DNA of 64,000 bases from an uncultured Nitrospiraceae bacterium (GCA_963706325.1 CAVPLT010000002.1:179748-243747), one strand, 5' to 3'. Positions 1 to 9,737 are shown, numbered from the stretch's first letter. The notes: a model not told the origin generated them from the sequence alone. Program-made: numbers and translations.

Positions 1-868
1 CCGGCTTCAGGCGATCGATGTGCCGGATTGTCAGATGGGGGAGGATCTTGCCGTGTCGGAGGATAATCGAACCTGGTACCTGACCTGCATGGGCTCGAAC
101 AACGTCATCATGGGGGATGCGCTCCTCGATAAACCGATCAAAACGATCAGCGCCGTGAAGCCAGCACTGGCGACGATTCAGTATCCGCACGGCATTGCGA
201 TTCACAATGGCATCGACCGCGTCTTGGTGACCAGTACGGTCAAGCCGGATATGTCCGATGCGGGAGAGTCGATCACCGTGCTAGAGGCCGCCAGCGGCAG
301 AGTGCTCTCGACGCACAAGGTCTCATCGAAACCCTCTCCGGCGAAATCGGCTCCCGTTGAAGTCATGTTCAGTCCCAACTCGAATCCTCCCGCGGTGCAT
401 ATCACCAACATGCTCGAAGGAACGTTGTGGGCAGGCATATGGGATCCGTCCAGCAAGGGATTTTCGTTCCATCAGGTTGATGACTTTGGCTCACGGCAGC
501 AGGGCATGCCGCTCGAAATGCTCTATAACGCCAAGGGGGACCGCCTGTTCGTCACCACGGCCAAACCGGGGTTCGTCAATCTGTACGACAACAGCGATCC
601 CCGGCAACCGAAGTTTCTCAAGACGATCGCCGCAGCGGCCGGCGCGCACCATAGCGTGCTGTCGCCTGACGAGCGATACCTGTTCGTCCAGAACAGCTTC
701 CTCAATCTGGAAGGCATGAGCGATGGTTCCATCACGGTGATCGACCTGAAGGCGGACAAAGTTTTGGGGAGCATTGACACGCTGAAGGCGCAGGGGTTCA
801 ATCCCAACTGCATCATGCTGCTGCCGATTCAGCCAGGCGACTTGCGGGCAAGCCGGGCCATCGAGTGA
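1..868 (+). CDS. YncE/YVTN-like beta-propeller protein (5' end outside window)
   Basis: Repeated beta-propeller blades (LSPDERYLFV, SITVIDLKADKVLGSI); frame open from window edge. Confidence 0.7.
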   Translation, partial: RLQAIDVPDCQMGEDLAVSEDNRTWYLTCMGSNNVIMGDALLDKPIKTISAVKPALATIQYPHGIAIHNGIDRVLVTSTVKPDMSDAGESITVLEAASGRVLSTHKVSSKPSPAKSAPVEVMFSPNSNPPAVHITNMLEGTLWAGIWDPSSKGFSFHQVDDFGSRQQGMPLEMLYNAKGDRLFVTTAKPGFVNLYDNSDPRQPKFLKTIAAAAGAHHSVLSPDERYLFVQNSFLNLEGMSDGSITVIDLKADKVLGSIDTLKAQGFNPNCIMLLPIQPGDLRASRAIE

Positions 869-1135
869 GCCGACGGAGAACGGTCTGATGAAAGAAAGCC
901 CGACGAGTACGGCGGGGGCCCTGTCTCCGTCGTACTTGCCGCATGCCAGTAGGGTGACGAAGGATGGGATGCTTCACTTTAATGTCCATCGAGCCACGCA
1001 TGGTGACGGTCACGATGGTGTTTTGCTGCAGATCCAGTTTGTTGGGGAGATTTCCTGTGGAGCAGTGGGGCGAGCGGAGGTGTCTGAATGAGATCACCAA
1101 GAGTCGTGAATGATTGCCCATGGGCGAAAGGCCGA

Positions 1136-1391
1136 CTAACGATAGATCTCTTTCCTGTCGCCAATTTTAACACGAGGACGATCAATTCCTTGTCCCGGAT
1201 CGTATAGATGATCCGGTAGTCGCCTTCTCGAATTCGGTACAGATCCTCCTCACCGGCGAGCTTCTTGACACCCTGCGGGCGTGGATTTCCCATTAAAGCT
1301 CGGAGGCGTTTGACGATTCGCTTTTGAATCGGTTCGGCAAGTGCTGTGAGTTGTCGCTCGGCAGGAGGGGCAGGAGAATCGAATAGGCCAT
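1136..1391 (-). pseudogene. relE: RelE/ParE-family toxin, two frameshifts
   Basis: Manual translation MAYSILL/PPAERQLTALAEPIQKRIVKRLRALMGNPRPQGVKKLAGEEDLYRIREGDYRIIYTIRDKELIVLVL/IGDRKEIYR*; one base missing near 1367-1371 and one near 1165-1168. Confidence 0.8.
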
Positions 1392-1400
1392 CGCAGAAGT

Positions 1401-1655
1401 TTAAAGGCCGGGTTCCTTCAGAACGGCATCAAGTGGTTTCGCGCCTTTCTTCTTCGTTTCGGCCAACGCCGCCCGGGCATCGGCGAGGTCGATGCGATCT
1501 TCCAGGTCTTCCAGCAATCGCAAGTCGGCTATGGGAACCACGGCGGCGATTTCTTTGCCGCGTCGCCGGAGTATCACACGCTCTTTCCCGAATGCGACGC
1601 GATTAATCGTATCTGCGAATCCCTCTCTGGCTTTACTGGTCGGCAGATGCGCCAT
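1401..1655 (-). CDS. Phd/YefM-family antitoxin
   Basis: N-terminal SKAREGFADTINRVAFGKERVILRRRGKEIAAVVP; directly upstream of relE-like gene. Confidence 0.85.
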   Translation of the reverse strand: MAHLPTSKAREGFADTINRVAFGKERVILRRRGKEIAAVVPIADLRLLEDLEDRIDLADARAALAETKKKGAKPLDAVLKEPGL

Positions 1656-1673
1656 GGGTCACCTCATCAGAAT

Positions 1674-1706
1674 TGTACGAAACGTACCAACTGTACGAAG
1701 TGTACG
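1674..1706. promoter_or_regulatory. Putative antitoxin operator: four GTAC-core repeats at 9-bp period
   Basis: GTAC at 1675, 1684, 1693, 1702, just upstream of the Phd/YefM start; YefM/Phd operators have TGTACA-like cores. Confidence 0.6.
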
Positions 1707-1717
1707 TTTGAGAGAAG

Positions 1718-2986
1718 TTAAAGTCGAGGGTGGACGTAGGTCCCTTCCTTCTGCTTCCCATCCAACAGACAACTCACGTTCATATCACCCATGACATTGA
1801 TTGCCGTCCGACAGCGGTCGAGAAACCAATCGACGGTAAGCAGGACAGGGATGTATTCCACCGGCAGTCCAACGGCAGTGAATACCATGGTCATCGTGAC
1901 CAGACCCGCTTCTGGAATGCCGGCGGCGCCAACTGAGGCAATGACGCTGGTCAGCACCACCATCAATTGCTGATACCCGCTGAGGTCCATCCCGATCATT
2001 TGGGCGATAAATAACGCCGCCATGGCCTCGTAGAGCGCGGTGCCGTCGTTGTTGAAATTCGCGCCGACCAGCGCCCCCATGCTGGCTGATTGCTCACGCA
2101 AGCCTACGCGATCCCTAAGCGCAGTATAGGTTACGGGCATCGTGGCTGTTGAACTCGCTGTGGAGAAGGCCATGACCAGCGCGTCGCGTCCCCCGCGAAG
2201 CAACTTACCCGGGCGCACCCAAGACCCGAAGCGGATGCGCACGAGGTAATAGGCCGCCTGGATTGCGAGCGCCAGCAGCACGCTCAGCACAAAGATGCCA
2301 AGCGCCTTAAACTGCACGAAGCCCTGCGTTCCCACAGTGCTGGCAACGATGCCGAAGACGGCAAGCGGCACAACGGCGATGATCCAATGCAAAATCTTAA
2401 TCAGCGATTCGAGAAAGAGTCCGACCACCTGCTCGACCGTGCCGAGTGGCCGGTGACGTTCCTTGCGTAACGCCATACCAAATGCCACAGCGACGAAAAT
2501 GACACCAATGACTTTCCCATCGTCACCCAGCGGTCCAAGCAGGCTTTTCGGCACGTTCTCAAGAAAGGCGACGAGCGGATAAGCCCCATGCGTCGTTTCG
2601 TTGGAGGATGGCGACGGCGTCAGTGCCGCACCTTGCCCCGGTTGGATCACGTTAGCGACGGTCAGTCCCACGGTGATCGCAACCAACGTATTCAACAACA
2701 ACAGCCGTGCAAGCCGTGCCGCAAGTGGACCGCCGAACTGCGTCGTCATAAATGTGTGCACGATCGCCGCAAGGATCAGCGGCGGGGCGAGCGCACCCAA
2801 AAGGCGCAGGACCAGCTTTCCCGGCACTGCAAGGACGGCCGCCTGGCTTCCCAGCATCAGCCCTACCATGACGCCGAGAATCAAGCCGGCGACGATCCGT
2901 CCATACAGCGGGATGAGTTGCCATGTTGCGATCAGGCTCCTGTGGGGCGTCACGATCGTCGTTTTATCCAAAGCATTATCATCCAC
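1718..2986 (-). CDS. Dicarboxylate/amino acid:cation symporter (DAACS, GltP-like)
   Basis: AFSTASSTATMP, NNDGTALY and DWFLDRCRTAINVMGD motifs; multiple TM helices. Confidence 0.93.
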   Translation of the reverse strand: MDDNALDKTTIVTPHRSLIATWQLIPLYGRIVAGLILGVMVGLMLGSQAAVLAVPGKLVLRLLGALAPPLILAAIVHTFMTTQFGGPLAARLARLLLLNTLVAITVGLTVANVIQPGQGAALTPSPSSNETTHGAYPLVAFLENVPKSLLGPLGDDGKVIGVIFVAVAFGMALRKERHRPLGTVEQVVGLFLESLIKILHWIIAVVPLAVFGIVASTVGTQGFVQFKALGIFVLSVLLALAIQAAYYLVRIRFGSWVRPGKLLRGGRDALVMAFSTASSTATMPVTYTALRDRVGLREQSASMGALVGANFNNDGTALYEAMAALFIAQMIGMDLSGYQQLMVVLTSVIASVGAAGIPEAGLVTMTMVFTAVGLPVEYIPVLLTVDWFLDRCRTAINVMGDMNVSCLLDGKQKEGTYVHPRL

Positions 2987-3095
2987 GAGTTGTGGCTCCG
3001 ATCTTCTCTATTCTTCATGTAAGGCTTGAGGCAAGCCCACGAGCCCATGCTCAGATATCGCCCCGCCGGGCTGTTGCGGATGGTATCAGCTTCGA

Positions 3096-4016
3096 CTAAT
3101 TAGGTTCATTGGCCGACGCGGTGAATGCCGCTGCATGCTTTCTGATGAACTCCTGCAAGCTCAGGGGCGCATGTCTCGTGAGCGTCAGCACGTCGTCCGA
3201 CATCCGGTCGTAGCGTCCCGCGCGGTGCAGATCGGCCATCGTCGCGAGGTGGTTCACCAAGTGAACCGGCAAGCCGCGCTTGAGCAGCCCATCCCGCCAC
3301 GGCTCGGCCGGAATATCCTGATAGGTGATCGTGCGGCCAAGCGCCTTCGAATACTCCTGGGCATAGAACTGCATGTTCTCGGACTGCGGACCGGTCAGGT
3401 GATAAATCTTGCCGATGTGCGACTGCGGGTTCGCGAGCAGCGCGGCGACCACACGGGCAACGTCATCCGCTGCAATCGGCGACGTCTTGCCTTCGCCGAA
3501 CGGGAGGCGGATCTGATCTGAGCGCTTGACCGAATCCGCTGTGAACAGCAGGAAGAAGCCATCGAGAAACACGGTGGGCCGCACATGCACGACCGGCAGA
3601 CCGGACCAGTTCAGCGCCTGCTCGGCAAGCCAGTGCAGCTTGTGCTGCGGGCTCGCGGTGGTGTCGGTGATGCTCATCTGCGAGACTGTCATCTGCGACA
3701 TATTGACGAACGCCTTTACGCCGTGATGCTTGGCCACCGCCGCTACATTGACCGTCGCGGCCAAATAGGTATCCGACACCGACATGCCGAAGTACATCGT
3801 CTCGCAACCGGCAATCACCCGATGCATCGACTCGAGATCGAGGAGATCGCCCGCCACGACATCCGCACCCAGGTCGCGCAACGCCTGCGCGCGGTCGTCT
3901 TTGTTGCGCACCATCGCTCGCACCGCGTGGCCTTGCTTCAACAGCAGTTCGGTGACCGTGCGCCCGACCGCGCCGACGCGACCCGCCGCGCCTGTGACTA
4001 GAATGGGTTGTGCCAT
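3096..4016 (-). CDS. NmrA-like NAD(P)H-binding atypical SDR
   Basis: ILVTGAAGRVG Rossmann motif; RBS GGAGG before ATG at 4016. Confidence 0.88.
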   Translation of the reverse strand: MAQPILVTGAAGRVGAVGRTVTELLLKQGHAVRAMVRNKDDRAQALRDLGADVVAGDLLDLESMHRVIAGCETMYFGMSVSDTYLAATVNVAAVAKHHGVKAFVNMSQMTVSQMSITDTTASPQHKLHWLAEQALNWSGLPVVHVRPTVFLDGFFLLFTADSVKRSDQIRLPFGEGKTSPIAADDVARVVAALLANPQSHIGKIYHLTGPQSENMQFYAQEYSKALGRTITYQDIPAEPWRDGLLKRGLPVHLVNHLATMADLHRAGRYDRMSDDVLTLTRHAPLSLQEFIRKHAAAFTASANEPN

Positions 4017-4293
4017 CTGCTGTCCTCCTGTGAGTTTCCTCTGAATGAACATCAGAGGTAGTGTCGCCAAACGGCTTCAAGCCTGATCATTTGGAGCAGA
4101 CCAACGGGGGGACGGAGCAGTCTACTGTAAAGCTGGTGGGGTATCCATCACTTCGGAGACGATAGAGGAGCGCTAAAGGTGAGAAAGTAAGCCAGCACCG
4201 GCTGCCAGGGGCGGGGAAATTGATTGCAAGACCTGAGGTGACTCCGAAACAATGGGCGCCTCGGAGTGCCACAATCTATCTATTTCGCTGTGG

Positions 4294-5361
4294 TCATTGC
4301 GCCTGGGCTCGACGCGACAGGGACACGATATAAGAGGCTGAACGGGCGGCGATCATGGGATCGGCTGCTTCGATACCGGGAATCAGCGCTCCTGGCATGA
4401 AGAGCAACTTCTTTTCCGCGGTTTGGCTGTCCGCCACGGCTTTGGTGATAATGATCGTACCCAATTCGATCTGCTTGCGACTGTCCGGCCACGCGATCGT
4501 GGGATCGTCGATCTTGTCTCCTTTCTCAGCCACCTGCAGGAGCAATTTGAACTTGGCGGGACCACGGCGCACGCGTTCGCGAATCTCGGTGCTCAGATAA
4601 TCAGATCCCGCCGTTCCGAGTTGCTCCTGGGTGAGGAAGTGCTCGCCCGCCACGGGCCGGAGCTGGTAGCGACCGAATGTGACGGTGCCTTTCGCGTTCG
4701 TGAATTTGAACGAGTTAATCCCGAAATAGGGCAGGGTGGCGTAGCTCACCGGTTGCGGCTTGGGGCTCTCCACGAAATTTTTTGCAGCCGGATGGGATCC
4801 CAGAAACGTCTCGATGGCGGTTGGTTTGGGAGCATCCGGTCCGCTCGCACCAACTGCAAGCAGAAAATCCCTGAACTCTTCCGCCGTCGCAACCGGAAAT
4901 CCGTTGAACGAAAGGACCACGAGGTCGGTGTTCGATCCATCCGGTAATGAGAACTTTACGGCCATGCCGCGCGGCATCTGGCTGGTGTCCGGGACGCTCG
5001 GTTGCCCGGAACCAGCAGAGAACCGCACCGTCACTGGAACCGGCGCCTTCTTCTTTTGCAGATGAGCGGCTTTGCTCACCGAGGCCGCCGAGGCAGCAGG
5101 GGTGAACGTGCCTTCCAAGACGACGCCCTTTGGGTGATTGGCGCGCATGCCAGGATGAACACCGAATACACCGTTGAAGGCATCGACGAGTTGCTCGGGC
5201 AGCGATTTCTGACTCGCGGGCGACTCTTCAGCCATGACAGAAGCGGGGAGAGTCATGGCAACGGCGAGTGTGGCGGTGGCTGCGAGTGATCTCCACATAG
5301 GCAGGTCCCTCCTCGAAGGCTGCGATTTCGACAATGAGCGGTTTTGCGTGAGCTCACCCAA
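4294..5361 (-). CDS. Catalase-related peroxidase (SrpA-type), exported
   Basis: RANHPKG distal His, VRFS, RGMAVKF, RSASY proximal Tyr; N-terminal SRR plus hydrophobic signal. Confidence 0.88.
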   Translation of the reverse strand: MGELTQNRSLSKSQPSRRDLPMWRSLAATATLAVAMTLPASVMAEESPASQKSLPEQLVDAFNGVFGVHPGMRANHPKGVVLEGTFTPAASAASVSKAAHLQKKKAPVPVTVRFSAGSGQPSVPDTSQMPRGMAVKFSLPDGSNTDLVVLSFNGFPVATAEEFRDFLLAVGASGPDAPKPTAIETFLGSHPAAKNFVESPKPQPVSYATLPYFGINSFKFTNAKGTVTFGRYQLRPVAGEHFLTQEQLGTAGSDYLSTEIRERVRRGPAKFKLLLQVAEKGDKIDDPTIAWPDSRKQIELGTIIITKAVADSQTAEKKLLFMPGALIPGIEAADPMIAARSASYIVSLSRRAQAQ

Positions 5362-5521
5362 TCACGTCTGTGAACCGCTGGGGAGGTTGGTTGGGAGAGC
5401 GGTGAAGACCCTACTCCTACGTGCCGGTTGAGTCAATCCGTTCGCGAGGCTGGATGAGAGGGACAGGGAAGGAGTGGCCCGGCATGCGGCGGATATGTTA
5501 GTTTGCAAGGCCGGACCCCCC
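5351..5521. repeat. ~170-bp direct repeat copy 1 (leftward promoter plus TTGCAAG-GACCCC end)
   Basis: Aligns by eye with 8455-8622. Confidence 0.8.
5408..5436 (-). promoter_or_regulatory. Putative sigma70 promoter of the catalase gene
   Basis: TTGACT-N17-TAGGGT on minus strand; both boxes conserved in the second copy at 8512-8540. Confidence 0.55.
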
Positions 5522-5676
5522 CCTCTAGGCTTCTCACAGAATCATTCAAAATTATTTCGAAGACGCTGCAGCCTTTCTTAACCTCTGAGTTCAGAGACCT
5601 TGCCTGGCAAAAATCGGATTCCCCCGCGCATCCCTGTTCGCTATAATGCGCCCGAATTTTAATCGGGAGGTGCTTC

Positions 5677-5979
5677 ATGGCATTCAATCAAGTGGGAGAT
5701 TTCTGGTTGGCGCCCGGTGAATCTACCCGCGTTCATATTGCCCTCGGAGGCCTGATCAACGAGGCTGAATGGGGCGGTCATGATTTCGGCGCACAATGGA
5801 TCATGGCCGACGGGATCGGGATCAATCCGGTGCGGCTCATGGTCAGCGAGCACACCAAGGAGAAGAAGCCCATTCGCTTGCATCCCGGTTCGCCCAGCCC
5901 CATCGTCTACTCGGTGACCGTGACGAACATCGGTGAGGAACTGGCTCATTTTACTATTCAAGGCGGGGGAAACGTATAG
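5677..5979 (+). CDS. Hypothetical protein (100 aa, beta-rich)
   Basis: Strong RBS GGGAGG; coherent composition; operon with next ORF. Confidence 0.75.
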   Translation: MAFNQVGDFWLAPGESTRVHIALGGLINEAEWGGHDFGAQWIMADGIGINPVRLMVSEHTKEKKPIRLHPGSPSPIVYSVTVTNIGEELAHFTIQGGGNV

Positions 5980-6000
5980 ACGTGTCGAAGGAGGTCGCAA

Positions 6001-6264
6001 GTGAAGGCTAAGCGGACTATTCATGTGGTGACAGATAAAAAGGGAACAATTGTGGGTGGAGGGATTCTCACCCCCGGGAAAGATACCAAAGGCAAAGCGG
6101 TGCATATCCAGATCTCGCCGATGAAAGGGCAGTCGCTGGCCGAAGTCGCGATGCCCGCTGAAATCGCGCAATTGAAAGGCGCGGAACTCTTTCGCCGGCT
6201 GCAGAGCGATTTTCATTTGCCACGCGGCAAAAATGAGTTGGTCCGAAAGGCCGGACGGCGCTAG
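6001..6264 (+). CDS. Hypothetical protein (87 aa, basic)
   Basis: RBS AAGGAGG before GTG; 21 bp after previous ORF. Confidence 0.72.
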   Translation: MKAKRTIHVVTDKKGTIVGGGILTPGKDTKGKAVHIQISPMKGQSLAEVAMPAEIAQLKGAELFRRLQSDFHLPRGKNELVRKAGRR

Positions 6265-6529
6265 AAGGGACTGCATCTTTGTCAGCAGAATGTCGAATGA
6301 CCATCGGGTAGTAATGGGGGGCAGCAGAAGTCGACCGCTTCGCGCCTGGAGGGTTGGGTTGTAAGACGTGATCCTATTGGGGCTGCTATCTGTGACTATC
6401 AATGAAGAAAGCCGCCTGAAATATGGGATTGCCAGACCAGAACCTAGTAGGGAAGGCCGTGGGAGTCGTTGACAAGCTATCAGTGAGTCGGGATAATCGC
6501 GCGCCTATTAGGAACGGGAGATTCCAGCC

Positions 6530-6991
6530 ATGAGCAAACATGCCGCCAGAACGACAGAACCGTTCATCGTGACACCCCAAAAGTACGACCCCGCCTTGAA
6601 CGTGATCGGTACCAAGGTGACCGTGCTCGCGTCAAAGGCGGCGACCCAATCCTATGAGATCACCCTGCAGCAGGGCGATGAAGGAATGGGTCCACCGCTG
6701 CATAGCCACAACTGGGACGAATCGTTCTTTATTCTCAAGGGCCAAGTCGAGTTTTCCTGCGCAGACAACATCACACTCTGCATGCCCGGCACGCTCGTGC
6801 ACGTACCCGCGGGCGCCAAGCACGGGTTTCGCTATGGGGCCGGCGGCGGCCAGATGCTGGAATTCACCGGCCCAGGCAGCCTTGCTTCCCAGATGTTCAC
6901 TGCCCTCAACAGAGAGATTCCACCTGGTCCACCCGACATTCCCAAGGTGCTGGAGGTACTCCAGCAAAACGGGGTGACCGTCGCGGCTTGA
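6530..6991 (+). CDS. Cupin domain protein
   Basis: PPLHSHNWDESFFILKG and GTLVHVPAGAKHGF cupin motifs. Confidence 0.88.
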   Translation: MSKHAARTTEPFIVTPQKYDPALNVIGTKVTVLASKAATQSYEITLQQGDEGMGPPLHSHNWDESFFILKGQVEFSCADNITLCMPGTLVHVPAGAKHGFRYGAGGGQMLEFTGPGSLASQMFTALNREIPPGPPDIPKVLEVLQQNGVTVAA

Positions 6992-7202
6992 GGCCACCCT
7001 GTCGAACAGCCCGGCCATAAGGATTCAGATCCACTTCTTTTGGAATTCAAAGACCATCAACGCACCGCGCCTTTCTCCACCTGCATCGCCTTCCATGAAC
7101 CACGGCTTCCGGCTCAATTTATCTAAGTAACCAGCGTTGGCGCGAAATGATCAGCCCCCCCTTTCTTTCCCGCTCTCACAGCTGGTAAGAGAAGCTCATA
7201 TC

Positions 7203-8330
7203 ATGGCAAACCCAAAGCTATTTGAGCCGATCACAATCGGCGGACAGAAGCTCCGCAACCGCATCGTGATTGCGCCGATGTGCCAATATTCGGCGGTCGA
7301 TGGCCAGATGACCGATTGGCACCTGATACACCTGGGCCATCTCGCTCTGTCCGGGGCGGCGGTGCTGACCATCGAGGCAACCGCGGTCGAGCCGGAGGGC
7401 CGTATCACCTACGCCGACGTCGGGCTATGGAGCGATGCGACCGAAGCGGCGATTGCGCGCACTATTGAAAGTATCCGTCGCTGGTCGGACATCCCCATTG
7501 CGATCCAGCTGGCCCATGCGGGCCGGAAGGCGTCGGTCGAAGTGCCGTGGAAAGGTGGAGCCCAGCTTCCGGTTGATCATGAACATGGCTGGCAGACGGT
7601 CGCCCCGTCGGCGATACCCTTTGCAGCCGGCCAACATCCGCCGATCGCGCTGGATCATTCAGCGATGCATCGCCTTCGCGAATCGTTCGTTTCCTCCGCC
7701 CGGCGCGCCGCGCGGTTAGGCCTCGACGCGGTGCAGCTTCATGTCGCACATGGCTACCTACTGCATGAATTCCTGTCGCCGCTTTCGAACCGACGAGAAG
7801 ACGAGTATGGCGGGGCGCTGGAGAACCGCATGCGGTTTCCGCTCGAGATTTTCGACGCAGTTCGCGCCGCGTTCCCGGCCAACCGGCCGGTGACGGTGCG
7901 CCTGTCGGGCACCGACTGGATTGAGGGCGGCTGGGACATCGAACAGACCATCGCATTCGCCAAGGCCTTAGAGGCGCAGGGTTGCGCCGGGATCCATATC
8001 TCCAGCGGCGGGCTCGATCCGCGCCAGCAGATTCCTGTCGGCCCCGGCTACCAGGTGCCGCTCGCCCGAGCGGTCAAGGAGGCCGTCTCGATGCCGGTGA
8101 TTGCCGTCGGCCTCATCACCGATTACGACCAGGCCGAAGGAATTGTGAGCAGGGGGGATGCGGATATGATCGCACTCGCCCGAGCTGTGCTCTACGATCC
8201 GCGTTGGCCTTGGCACGCAGCGGCGCACCTTGGCGCGCAGGTGACGGCGCCGAACCAATATTTGCGCAGCCAGCCAAGCCGCTATCGAGATTTATTCATC
8301 GAGGATGGGAAGGGGAAGAAAAGAGAATAA
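7203..8330 (+). CDS. NADH:flavin oxidoreductase (old yellow enzyme, YqjM/NamA-like)
   Basis: NRIVIAPMCQYSA, QLAHAGRKAS, HVAHGYLLHEFLSPLSNRREDEYGG. Confidence 0.93.
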   Translation: MANPKLFEPITIGGQKLRNRIVIAPMCQYSAVDGQMTDWHLIHLGHLALSGAAVLTIEATAVEPEGRITYADVGLWSDATEAAIARTIESIRRWSDIPIAIQLAHAGRKASVEVPWKGGAQLPVDHEHGWQTVAPSAIPFAAGQHPPIALDHSAMHRLRESFVSSARRAARLGLDAVQLHVAHGYLLHEFLSPLSNRREDEYGGALENRMRFPLEIFDAVRAAFPANRPVTVRLSGTDWIEGGWDIEQTIAFAKALEAQGCAGIHISSGGLDPRQQIPVGPGYQVPLARAVKEAVSMPVIAVGLITDYDQAEGIVSRGDADMIALARAVLYDPRWPWHAAAHLGAQVTAPNQYLRSQPSRYRDLFIEDGKGKKRE

Positions 8331-8454
8331 GAATCGCATGATTGATATTTCTTCTCGGCTCTCACCTCACTGGGTGGCCAGATTCTGCAAATGATTTCCC
8401 CTGGGTCAGTCCGCCCTGAAAAATATAGCATCGACAATGTATAGCTTATATGCA

Positions 8455-8622
8455 AGTTCACTCAATTAAGACTGAGAACCGATGGAGAGGCTGCTTGGGA
8501 GAGCGGTGGAAACCCTACTCCTCCATGCAGATCGAGTCAATCGAGCGAGCGGGATGAGATGGAAAAGGAAGGAGTGGCCCGCTGTACGCCGCGAAATGTT
8601 TGATTGCAAGACCTGACCCTCT
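8455..8622. repeat. ~170-bp direct repeat copy 2; its right end is the left arm of a 26-bp inverted repeat
   Basis: Matches 5351-5521; 8597-8622 = TGTTTGATTGCAAGACCTGACCCTCT. Confidence 0.85.
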
Positions 8623-8672
8623 GTCTTGTTACTCCGGACACCTTTTGCATTTTCCCATCCACATCGAAGGAT

Positions 8673-9737
8673 TCATTCGGTACTAAGTTCAATGGAGAAT
8701 ACCCCTTCAAGATCAATATGTACCTGAAGGGATGGCAGGGCTAGATAGGTGCACAGATACTTAACATTGAGGGATCCTTGGAACACACGATTGGCTATAT
8801 ATCCAGCCGCTTGCCCCTGATACTGTAGCTGTGTAGCAAGCCCTGCAGTCTCAGTACGCCATCGCATCAGATCAAATATCTGTTCCCCATCCTGAATCTT
8901 TATCGCCCCTATAACATCGAAAACTGTTGGTGTGTCTGGAGTCGATGCGATTTGCTGGGCGAGTGCGACGTATTCTATATCGAGCAGGCGCTTATCAAGC
9001 GCGAATCTGAGCAGGGCATCATGTGGCATGGCCCACGATAGCTTTGCGCGAATTCGAGATTGATCATCCCTCGCCACTGTGCCGCCGGTCACTGTGACAC
9101 GAAACCCAATCAGTCTCCCGCAGATCTCATTGAACTGCTCAACTACATTCGACGGCAGTTGAGTATTGGATGACCACTGACAGGTGGCATAGCGGATATT
9201 GCCGCCGCGAATGTTTGCGCTCGAGCGTAAGCCATCCGCGAGTGGGAGCCCAAGGTCAACACGCGGCGGACTGCAGTCTCTCCGTATCGCGGCGGGAGAA
9301 AGAATCCCCTGAAGCTGTGTAGCCATTGCCTGAGGATCAGACACAGTAAGATCTACTATCGGACTGTCTGTAGATTTTTGTGAAGTATGGTGAACTGTTA
9401 AGCGCTTTCCATTGAGAACGACGGAGTATGCAGCCGACACCTCAGGATGGCGCGCGTATGTAATTGTCTGCTCAATGGCGTCAATATCTATGGGTTCCTG
9501 CGGCGCTTTCGTTTCAAGAACCCATCGACCTGCGCCCGCCACTGTCAGAATGTAGTCTGCTCTTCCTCTGAGTGGGGGATCAGTGCTCTTTTTTCTTCCA
9601 AGCGACTCACGCTCGTAGATTAGCGTCGCCTCGCGAGCGATATTGTTGGCAGTTCCTCTTTCGTAGCCCAGTGCGGCCAATAGTGGTGCCGCAATCTCTT
9701 CTCTTACGTCAGTTTCATTTGCGTTAGGTGGAATCAT
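8673..9737 (-). CDS. Type I restriction HsdR N-terminal-like PD-(D/E)xK nuclease domain protein with unknown C-terminal domain
   Basis: NETDVREEIAAPLLAALGY, RADYIL...VLETK, EQTITYA, VVLNG motifs; lower GC than flanks. Confidence 0.75.
   Translation of the reverse strand: MIPPNANETDVREEIAAPLLAALGYERGTANNIAREATLIYERESLGRKKSTDPPLRGRADYILTVAGAGRWVLETKAPQEPIDIDAIEQTITYARHPEVSAAYSVVLNGKRLTVHHTSQKSTDSPIVDLTVSDPQAMATQLQGILSPAAIRRDCSPPRVDLGLPLADGLRSSANIRGGNIRYATCQWSSNTQLPSNVVEQFNEICGRLIGFRVTVTGGTVARDDQSRIRAKLSWAMPHDALLRFALDKRLLDIEYVALAQQIASTPDTPTVFDVIGAIKIQDGEQIFDLMRWRTETAGLATQLQYQGQAAGYIANRVFQGSLNVKYLCTYLALPSLQVHIDLEGVFSIELSTE

Noticed and set aside
888..1091. Small ORF with GMLHFNVH resembling a CHRD-domain C-terminus
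   Set aside because: Only a few residues match; at most a remnant, and it cannot be supported as a gene.
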